Position numbers and translations under genes: made by a program
In this document: one piece after another, positions 56,952 through 64,000 of the stretch
Numbering within the stretch: the first letter of the stretch is position 1
Layout of the letters: the number at the start of each line of letters is the position of its first letter
From: an uncultured virus (IMG/VR IMGVR_UViG_3300031133_000403)
Lineage: Duplodnaviria > Heunggongvirae > Uroviricota > Caudoviricetes
Reading direction: 5' to 3' (one strand)
Virus record (IMG/VR): IMGVR_UViG_3300031133_000403
Length of the DNA stretch: 64,000 bases
Notes under the pieces: generated by a model
Database searches by the model: none
What the model saw: only the letters and a program-made list of their open reading frames with translations
Told to the model about the DNA's origin: nothing

Positions 56952-58097
56952 TCACTGCGAAGGCGGGATTCTGGACAACAGATCGTCCCGCGTCAGCGTG
57001 TAGTCCGACGCGGTCCAATCCTCCCTGAGGCGCCTCAGCGTGTCGCCGACGATCGTGCCGGCCTTCATGCCGGAGGCGAGCAGATCGCGTCCCTGGATCG
57101 GGAACGCGGGTGCGTCCCAGTCCGCGACGGCTCGGTATTCGTCCCTCATGCCGCGAAGCTTCAGGATCGGCATGATCCACGCTTTCGGCACGCCGCGCAC
57201 CAGATCCGCCTTCACGTCGGCGAGCGCGTAGGGCGACGTCATCCGCGAGCTCGCGAAGGCGATCTCCTCGCGTTCGTCGGCCGACGTCTTCCAACGCTGC
57301 GCGACGTCCGGGGCCGCATCGCCCATCCACGCCGCCAGCAGCAGGCGCGGATCGTCGGTGTGCGGCCGCATGTCCGCAAGCCGGTCGGTGTCGCCGCCTT
57401 CGATTCCGATCGCCGCGAGCACGCCCGCGCGCTTCATCAGGTCGATCACGCCGTACGGACGCGGTCCCGACAGGATGCGCTGCATCTCGAGCCACACCCG
57501 TTCGACGCTGATTCTCGACAGGCCCTTCGCGCCTGCCGCGATCGCCTCGACGTCGGGGCCGGTCTGATCCAACGCATCGGCGAACCGGCCCATGAACCGG
57601 AACCACCGCAGGATTCGCAGATAGTCCTCGGCGATGCGCTCGGCGGGCCGTCCCACGAACCGGACGTGCCGCGCGAGGGCGTCGTGCACGCCGCCGAACG
57701 GGTCGATGACCTTCCCGTCGAACGACATGGCGATCGCGTTGATGGTCAGATCGCGTCGTGCCAGATCCGTCTCGAGATCGCGCGTGTACGCGACCGTCGC
57801 GTGGCGCCCGTCGGTCTCGACGTCGGTCCGGAATGTGGTGATCTCGTAGGGAACCCCGCCCGCCAGTACGGTCAGCGTGCCGTGCTGCAGACCCGTGCCG
57901 TACCAGCGGTATCCGCCCGCCTCGCAGATGGCGACCTGCTCCTCGGGTGTCGCCGACGTCGCCAGGTCGACGTCCTTGCAGGGAAGTCCCAGCACGTGGT
58001 CCCGTACGCAGCCGCCGACCAGCCAGATCTCGTGCCCGGCGGCTTCGTACCGCGCGCCCAGTTCCGCCAGTGCGGTCGGGATCGTGATCGCGTCCAT
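56952..58097 (-). CDS. cca: CCA tRNA nucleotidyltransferase (class II)
   Basis: LVGGCVRD...DVDLAT, GLQHGT, EITTFR, DGRHA, DLARRDLTINA, DPFGG, EDYLRILR, SVER motifs. Confidence 0.92.
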   Translation of the reverse strand: MDAITIPTALAELGARYEAAGHEIWLVGGCVRDHVLGLPCKDVDLATSATPEEQVAICEAGGYRWYGTGLQHGTLTVLAGGVPYEITTFRTDVETDGRHATVAYTRDLETDLARRDLTINAIAMSFDGKVIDPFGGVHDALARHVRFVGRPAERIAEDYLRILRWFRFMGRFADALDQTGPDVEAIAAGAKGLSRISVERVWLEMQRILSGPRPYGVIDLMKRAGVLAAIGIEGGDTDRLADMRPHTDDPRLLLAAWMGDAAPDVAQRWKTSADEREEIAFASSRMTSPYALADVKADLVRGVPKAWIMPILKLRGMRDEYRAVADWDAPAFPIQGRDLLASGMKAGTIVGDTLRRLREDWTASDYTLTRDDLLSRIPPSQ

Positions 58098-58144
58098 CTC
58101 TTTTCCCCTGTCCCATCGTATTCCAAGACGTCCACCGTTTCCGG

Positions 58145-59068
58145 TCAGAAGCCCTGCTCCTCGCGCTTCTTCTCGACCCAGTCGACGAATGCTCCGTGCG
58201 TCGTGTATTCCGCGCCGAACGGCAGTCCTCCCCGCACCAGTCCCGGAAGCATCATGATTGTCCAGCCGATGAACATGCCCTTCAATGCGCCCATCGCGAA
58301 GCTCCAGGCGGTCGTCAGGACCTCCGCCGCCGATGCGGGATGGGCTAGCGTGAGGCCCGCCAGTATCACGGCGCACACGCCGGCCATGATCACCGACGTC
58401 TTGACCGCGACCGGCACGGCGTACTTCATGAAGACGCCGACGCTCGCCCTGTCGCTCCACGCCATCGCCAGTGGGTGCCACAGCGCCCGTAAGCCCCTTC
58501 CCCCCAGAGGCACCGGCGCCGCGTCCGTGCGGATCATGTCGTGGTCGTCGTCGTTGTATCCGGCGTTCGTGCAGAAGTCCCCGTCGTACGAGTTCTCCTC
58601 GACGTCCGTGATGCCGGCATCCGGTGGCAGGAGTGGATGGTCGATCAACGCGGAGACGGGTCGTCCCGGCAGCAGTTCGATCACGGTCTCCGGTATCTGC
58701 ACGCCGCGTCTGGAGATGCGCAGATTACCCCCGCACCAATGCATGCCGTACGCCACGTTCACCGTTCCGACCAGCATTCCGTCGTACGTCACGGCCGCGT
58801 TGCCCGTCGTGATGCGTCCGATGCGCCGCACCGCCCGCTTGTCGCCCCGAACCACGCTGCGGTGGAGACAGGCGACCTCCCTCGACGTCACGCCCGCCTC
58901 GGCGAGCACCTTCATCAGCACGGGGTCGATCGTCGCGGGCTTGGCGAGGATCCGCCCCTGCATGTCCCGCGTCGACTTCCACACCCGCAGCTTGGTGGCG
59001 AGGCGTCTGCCGCGCGCGCGCAGGGCCTCCATACGTCGGTGCACGTCGAGATTCTGAAGCGTCACCAT
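58145..59068 (-). CDS. LPDT-domain family protein with C-terminal TM helices
   Basis: DPVLMKVLAEAG; QIPETVIELLPGRPVSALIDHPLLP; hydrophobic C-terminal segments. Confidence 0.7.
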   Translation of the reverse strand: MVTLQNLDVHRRMEALRARGRRLATKLRVWKSTRDMQGRILAKPATIDPVLMKVLAEAGVTSREVACLHRSVVRGDKRAVRRIGRITTGNAAVTYDGMLVGTVNVAYGMHWCGGNLRISRRGVQIPETVIELLPGRPVSALIDHPLLPPDAGITDVEENSYDGDFCTNAGYNDDDHDMIRTDAAPVPLGGRGLRALWHPLAMAWSDRASVGVFMKYAVPVAVKTSVIMAGVCAVILAGLTLAHPASAAEVLTTAWSFAMGALKGMFIGWTIMMLPGLVRGGLPFGAEYTTHGAFVDWVEKKREEQGF

Positions 59069-59994
59069 TGCGCGGGCATTGGCTGCATGAAGTCCTTCAT
59101 CGTCAGCGCTACGCCGGCACGGCCCTGCTTGGAAACTGCGGTCTGCGAGGTGATCCTCATGTCCCCGTCGAACAGCCTGTGCTCGATGAGCGAGCCGAAC
59201 CGCTGCCCCGTGCAGCCGGTCAGGACCACGTCCGGCAGCGGCGCCTCGAGGATCGTCAGCCCGCCCTTCGACCAGACGAACCCGACGCCCTGCGCCTCGG
59301 TCGTGAACGAGCCGCGCACCCTGGTTCTGGCGAAGTCGACGTCGATGTTCTCGACGAGCTGCTTCCTGCTGCCCGAGCGGCCCTCGATCGTCTCGTCGCC
59401 ACGGTCGTACAGCGCGCTCCTGTCGCCGATCGCGAGGCGCCTCAGCACCATGCCCGCCTTCGAGCCGTACCGCTCCCGCAGGGCCGCAGCGAGTGGACGT
59501 TCGATCTCCATGTGCGACAGATCGACCTCGTCTGGCTTGAACAGTCGCGCCGTGCCGCGCGTCGCCGCGTGGTCGGCCTGCACTCCGATCAGCCTGGCGA
59601 ACCTGCCCCTGACCATCCGGTCGATCTTCTCATCCGACAGAACCTGCATGTACGTCTTGCGGGGCAGACGCAGCTCGTGCTTCTCCAGCCCTCCCACGCC
59701 GTACGAACGCCATTGCAGCAGCGTCACGTCGAACACTTCGCCGTACCGGATCTCGACCTTCTCGACGACCACGGGCGAGCCCGCCTCCTCGACCATGGCG
59801 CGCACCGAACGCTCTACGATCTCGAGCTCGCGTGCTTCGTGCTTCTCCCGTTCGATCTGATGAGGCGACTTCCTGTGCGCCGTCTGCCGCGCGGCCTCGA
59901 TGATGGACGACATCAGGGTGTCCACCATGGAGGACTTCGGCGCCGGGGTGGTCAGCGCGATGGCACTCCGCAGCAGTCTGGTCTTCTTCGTCAT
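59062..59994 (-). CDS. Hypothetical protein, LPDT-domain paralog family
   Basis: PLPDVVLTGCTGQRFGSLIEH. Confidence 0.7.
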   Translation of the reverse strand: MTKKTRLLRSAIALTTPAPKSSMVDTLMSSIIEAARQTAHRKSPHQIEREKHEARELEIVERSVRAMVEEAGSPVVVEKVEIRYGEVFDVTLLQWRSYGVGGLEKHELRLPRKTYMQVLSDEKIDRMVRGRFARLIGVQADHAATRGTARLFKPDEVDLSHMEIERPLAAALRERYGSKAGMVLRRLAIGDRSALYDRGDETIEGRSGSRKQLVENIDVDFARTRVRGSFTTEAQGVGFVWSKGGLTILEAPLPDVVLTGCTGQRFGSLIEHRLFDGDMRITSQTAVSKQGRAGVALTMKDFMQPMPAQW

Positions 59995-60054
59995 GTCGCA
60001 CCTTTCATCCGTCCGACGCTCGTCGTCGCGTCTTTTCCCCCTGGGGAACGTTCT

Positions 60055-60561
60055 CTATGCCGTCTGCCACCCATCGGGCCGCCATGTGGGCACGTCCAGC
60101 TCCAGTCTCACGTCGCGCTCGGCGAGGGGTCTGCGGATCCCTCCCGTGTTCATCGCTTCCACGACGACCGCTTCCGCTATGATGCGCGGCAGCGATTCGG
60201 CGATCTCCACGATTTCCGCCACGCGTCTTCCGACCATCGCCGCCAGCATCGTCTGCGGCAGCACGGTCGCCGAAAGCCAGAGCGTGGACATCTGGTACGA
60301 CATTCCCGGAGAGATCTGCAGATGCGCCGTGGCCCCGGGCATGGCGTCCTGGCGCACGATCAGCGTTCCGCATGGCAGATGCGCTTCGACGACTTCGTCG
60401 ACGCGGTTCTCCCGTCGCGCCTCCGCCGCTTCCTCCGCCAGTCGAAGCGCCTCCTGCACGAAGCCGTCCGGTGCCATTTGGAGCAGATGGAGCGTTCCGA
60501 TGCAGCCCCCGGTCATGCGCAGCATCGCCTGCTCGATCGTTGTGGATTCCCGCTTCGGCAT
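60055..60561 (-). CDS. Hypothetical protein, LPDT-domain paralog family
   Basis: VLPQTMLAAMVGRRVAEIVEI. Confidence 0.65.
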   Translation of the reverse strand: MPKRESTTIEQAMLRMTGGCIGTLHLLQMAPDGFVQEALRLAEEAAEARRENRVDEVVEAHLPCGTLIVRQDAMPGATAHLQISPGMSYQMSTLWLSATVLPQTMLAAMVGRRVAEIVEIAESLPRIIAEAVVVEAMNTGGIRRPLAERDVRLELDVPTWRPDGWQTA

Positions 60562-60730
60562 TGTTGTTCTCCGCTCGTTCCGTACCTGTTCGACCTCGTC
60601 GTTGCTCCAGGTCAATCGATGAACGCATCGACATGGAACCACTGCGCCACCTTGGGACTTGGCGTCGTGCGTTGTCGGAGATTCAGGATGGTTGTCCTAC
60701 GGCGCGTCATCGTGTTTCGGAGTTCAAGTG

Positions 60731-61003
60731 ATGTTGGCTGACGGTTTGGATCTGAGCGACGTGGACGTTGCGCCCGAGACGGACATCGTCTCGATGACGA
60801 GGGCCATGGCCAAGGTCAGGGACGTGCTTGGCGTGACGCAGAGCGATGCGCGCGCCGCGGTGTCCCACAAGCTCCCGGGCGGCGTTCTGCCGGACGTGAG
60901 TCTGGCCCAGCTCGAGGCCCTGGCGTCGGCCGGCAACGCCCGCGTCTGCGTGACCATCGAGACCGAAGACGGCCGCACGCTCAATCTCGCCCATCTCGTC
61001 TGA
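60731..61003 (+). CDS. Small putative XRE-like HTH protein
   Basis: R..LGVTQ...VSLAQLEALA...G..V.VTIE pattern. Confidence 0.45.
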   Translation: MLADGLDLSDVDVAPETDIVSMTRAMAKVRDVLGVTQSDARAAVSHKLPGGVLPDVSLAQLEALASAGNARVCVTIETEDGRTLNLAHLV

Positions 61004-61017
61004 CGTCCGCTCGCGAT

Positions 61018-61899
61018 TCAGCGTGCGTGCCGTGCCATCCACTCCTCCAGCCAGGCGGTGTCGATGCCCTCGGGTGCCGTGGCGAGTGGTTCCAGCCCGC
61101 ATGACACGGTGATCACGAGCGCCTCGTCGGTCTGGAAGGCGTCGCGTATCGGCGCGTCCCCCGCCGCCGTGCCCGGCTCCAGCCCGGGGAAGGCGACGAT
61201 GCGTGACAGCGGCTGGCCCGGAAGCCCCGCGGTCATCGTGTCCGGGTAGGTCCCCACGATCCTGATGCGCGCCATGTCGTTCGCGGCGTCGATGCTGAAT
61301 CTGCATCCCGCATGCGACAGGCGCACGCCGGTGTGCGAAAGTCTCAGGTCGTGCACCGAGGCGCTGATCTTCACCTCCGGCTGCCAGTCGGCGCGGTCCA
61401 GCGGACGGTAGGTGGAAGGGTCGGCCACCAGAGCCGCTATCACGCCGCGCATCACCGGATGACCGATGAACGCCCATGCTGGAGGAGACGAGGGCTTGCC
61501 ACCGGCCTGCAGGATGGCCTGGTTGCGACGCCTCGCGATCGAGGACAGATCGGCCAGCTTCGCGCCCGCCTCCAGGATCTCCTCCCGCGTCGCGGTGCGC
61601 AGGGGCGTCTTGCCGCTCGCTCTCGCGCCCACGTCGATCGTGAACAGCCGCTCCATGATGCCCATCTGCCGATCGACCGACACTTGGTACAGCCCGGGCG
61701 TGCTCGTCGCGGCGAGACGGACCGTTCCGTCGTGCCCCAGATCGTGCATGGTCTGCCGCAGGGCCCGCAGATGCTCCCGGCGTTCGGTCTCCCAATCGCG
61801 TCTCCCGCGTATGACCGCGATCGTCGCGGCCGCCCTGTCGGCACGCTGCGACTTCATGGCCTCCCGCATTGCCGCCGAAATCGGTGCTCGTCTGGCCAT
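61018..61899 (-). CDS. Hypothetical protein, LPDT-domain paralog family
   Basis: TYPDTMTAGLPGQPLSRIVAFPGL. Confidence 0.7.
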   Translation of the reverse strand: MARRAPISAAMREAMKSQRADRAAATIAVIRGRRDWETERREHLRALRQTMHDLGHDGTVRLAATSTPGLYQVSVDRQMGIMERLFTIDVGARASGKTPLRTATREEILEAGAKLADLSSIARRRNQAILQAGGKPSSPPAWAFIGHPVMRGVIAALVADPSTYRPLDRADWQPEVKISASVHDLRLSHTGVRLSHAGCRFSIDAANDMARIRIVGTYPDTMTAGLPGQPLSRIVAFPGLEPGTAAGDAPIRDAFQTDEALVITVSCGLEPLATAPEGIDTAWLEEWMARHAR

Positions 61900-61915
61900 G
61901 GGCCGTCTCCTTGAT

Positions 61916-62350
61916 TCAGTGGCTGCAGATGTCCGGGCCGGCGACTTCGACCGCAGGCGCTTCGGACAGCAGCGTCAGCAGACGTCGGTGCGTCTCGGGC
62001 GTGTCCCCGAGCATGTTCTGCAGCGCCATCACATGCGCGTGCGCCTTGTGGCCGAACATGCCGGTCATGCACGTGCTGCGCTGCTGCACGACAAGCGCCG
62101 CCTCCGACAGTTCGGCGCCGGACATGTCCTTCGACAGCGTCTGTGCCAGGCCGTTGCCGTAGGATCGCAGCGCCGGAAGCCTGCTGTCGTCGGGGCTGAG
62201 ATCGGTATTCTCGATGTATTCCTCCACGCGTCCGATGCCGGACGCCGCGTGCTCGTGCCTGTGGCAGGCCGACGTCAGAAGGAGAAGCGTCGTGGCGACG
62301 AGGCGCATCGTCGCATTGGCCGGAAGCGTTCCGGAATCACGCCTCTTCAT
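61916..62350 (-). CDS. Putative lipoprotein
   Basis: LLLLTSAC lipobox. Confidence 0.6.
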   Translation of the reverse strand: MKRRDSGTLPANATMRLVATTLLLLTSACHRHEHAASGIGRVEEYIENTDLSPDDSRLPALRSYGNGLAQTLSKDMSGAELSEAALVVQQRSTCMTGMFGHKAHAHVMALQNMLGDTPETHRRLLTLLSEAPAVEVAGPDICSH

Positions 62351-62410
62351 AAGTCTCTTTTCCTCCAGATGTGCCGTTCAACGAGCACGCCCGGAGCGTT
62401 CACCCATCGC

Positions 62411-62815
62411 TCACGCCGAGCGCATGGCCTCCTCGGCCGCCGCGATCCTCACTCCCACCGTCGGCCGGCCCCGTCGCGCGTAGCATATGCCGAGATCGCG
62501 TTCGACCAGACGAAGGGGACCGTCGAGTCCTTCGCGCAGGGAGACGTGTTCGTCGATGCACAGCGCCTCCATCAGCGCGATGACCCGGTTTGACGACAGC
62601 GCCGGATGTCCCTGGATGCGCGGACGGCGTCGGCCCGGGAGGCCGCGGCGAGATGCCGCCTCCACCTTGGCGGCCTCCGCCTGCAGCCGCCATGCGGCCT
62701 GTTCCGCGGCTTCCGCCTGCTGGCGCAGATCCTCGGCCCGTTCCAGCAGACGTGCGGCTTCGGCCCGCAGATCGCGCGCCTGGTCCTGGGGGTCTGCGGT
62801 TGCGACGACGTCCAT
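62411..62815 (-). CDS. Coiled-coil hypothetical protein
   Basis: MDVVATAD... AAAGGA RBS, heptad-like helix; upstream CCATCC motif. Confidence 0.5.
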   Translation of the reverse strand: MDVVATADPQDQARDLRAEAARLLERAEDLRQQAEAAEQAAWRLQAEAAKVEAASRRGLPGRRRPRIQGHPALSSNRVIALMEALCIDEHVSLREGLDGPLRLVERDLGICYARRGRPTVGVRIAAAEEAMRSA

Positions 62816-63067
62816 GATCGGTCCTTTGGCCAAAACGTTTCCTGAAAGCGACGAATGACGATTTTCAGGATGGACTTCAACCCCGAATCGGACGATTATG
62901 ACCTCGTTCCCTAGTTGCATGCGGCGCCTCGCATCGTCGCATGCCTCACTCGCCCACCGGTGGACTGCGCGGCCCGCCGGTGGGTGTTTTACCGTCGTTA
63001 CCAGACGTGGAAAAGGGAGACTCGCGAGGGCCGCCCTTTCCGTTTCCGATCTCTTCGCGGTCCGCAT

Positions 63068-63502
63068 TCAGGCGGCGAGCGCCATGTCCTGTTCCGTCAG
63101 GGTCTTCCGGGCGGTCAGCGTGTGCATGGTGGCCGTGCGGGGCGCGTTGACGTCGATGTAGTCGCGGATGCGTCCGCTCATGTCCGCGGCGACGACCTCG
63201 GCGCCCATCACCCTGAACATCTGCACGACGTAGTCGGTGTCCGGCGCCCCGCTGTGCGCGGCCGCGTCTATGCCGCACGCCGTGATGGGCGTGGTGGCCA
63301 CCCGGAACCGGTCGACGATGTCGCAGGGGACTTCGATGGCGACGATCTCGCTTGCACCCTCGAGAATCCTCCTGTGCGCGATGGCCTGCTGAAGATCGCT
63401 CGTGAACCAGCGTCCGGCCACGCGCACAGCGGCGTCGTTGCCCTGGTACTGGGTGCGTCGTGCGGGTCGCGAGGCGATCGTGCGGGCGCGGTAGAGTATC
63501 AT
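63068..63502 (-). CDS. Hypothetical protein
   Basis: MILYRAR...GRWFT; GGAG RBS. Confidence 0.55.
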   Translation of the reverse strand: MILYRARTIASRPARRTQYQGNDAAVRVAGRWFTSDLQQAIAHRRILEGASEIVAIEVPCDIVDRFRVATTPITACGIDAAAHSGAPDTDYVVQMFRVMGAEVVAADMSGRIRDYIDVNAPRTATMHTLTARKTLTEQDMALAA

Positions 63503-63848
63503 GTGCAATCTCCAAGGACGTTGGGCGACATCAGCCCTTGGGAAGAAATTGTCCCACTTTGCGGATGGGAACGAAAGCGGAAAATCGACGCGTCGCGCAT
63601 GTTTTCGCAGTCCGCCTAGACGCTTTCGATCTTGTCTTTCGAATAGATCGGTGAATTTGCGGGCTGGCCCGGACATTCTTCCGGTGTTATGATCCCCACC
63701 ATGGTCCGCAGCATGTCAGCAATCTTTGCCGTCGATACGGCTTATCTCCCGGAAGGGGGATGGTTGCGCGCAACGGCGTGATGTCCGGCCCTTTCGGCCG
63801 GCGGGTCGGAAGGGGAATTGGTCCCCGGGAGGTTGAAGGGGATCGGCG

Positions 63849-64000
63849 ATGGTGTTTCTGACGGACGAGCTCAGGCGAAGACAGGCGAAGGATCAGAGGG
63901 GACTCTGCTTCTACTGCCATCTGCGCATGCACGAGGACATGACCTGGGAGCACATGGTCGCCAGGCACCACGGCGGCGACAACCGGCTGTCCAATCTGCG
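63849..64000 (+). CDS. HNH endonuclease (3'-truncated by window end)
   Basis: Manual translation MVFLTDELRRRQAKDQRGLCFYCHLRMHEDMTWEHMVARHHGGDNRLSNL: CxxC + EH...GG.....NL; not in ORF track. Confidence 0.8.
   Translation, partial: MVFLTDELRRRQAKDQRGLCFYCHLRMHEDMTWEHMVARHHGGDNRLSNL

Overview
A ~67% GC, very densely packed window. Most genes lie on the minus strand, often with ATGA/GTGA stop-start overlaps, and most are hypothetical. It looks like part of a giant extrachromosomal element (megaplasmid or jumbo-phage-like) of an alphaproteobacterium. The MucR and PilZ types suggest Sphingomonadaceae; this is inference. No capsid, tail, replicase, relaxase, transposase or CRISPR array is visible. 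Recognisable genes: MucR/Ros, two PilZ proteins, a histidine phosphatase, glutamine-dependent NAD synthetase, nicotinamidase, a NadM-Nudix fusion, GNAT acetyltransferases, DUF5131, a HisKA_2-type kinase, two DUF805 proteins, TerB, a CCA-adding enzyme, two tRNA-Glu genes and a truncated HNH gene. Most notable: (1) about 19 highly diverged paralogs share an unnamed domain with the signature LP[DE]T-x6-7-G[RQ]-x-L-x2-[LI][VI]-x2-P; (2) a four-gene secreted cassette (two lipoproteins, a 'VVMRR' protein and a thrombospondin-repeat protein) is present as a mirror-image duplicate, alongside two other large Cys-rich secreted proteins with the same post-signal-peptide VVMRR motif; (3) a deamidating NAD-salvage gene set whose Nudix domain has lost its catalytic glutamates; (4) a recurrent intergenic CCATCCTRNAA motif; (5) AT-rich codon patches inside intact genes. 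All family assignments are by eye from motifs; no searches were run.
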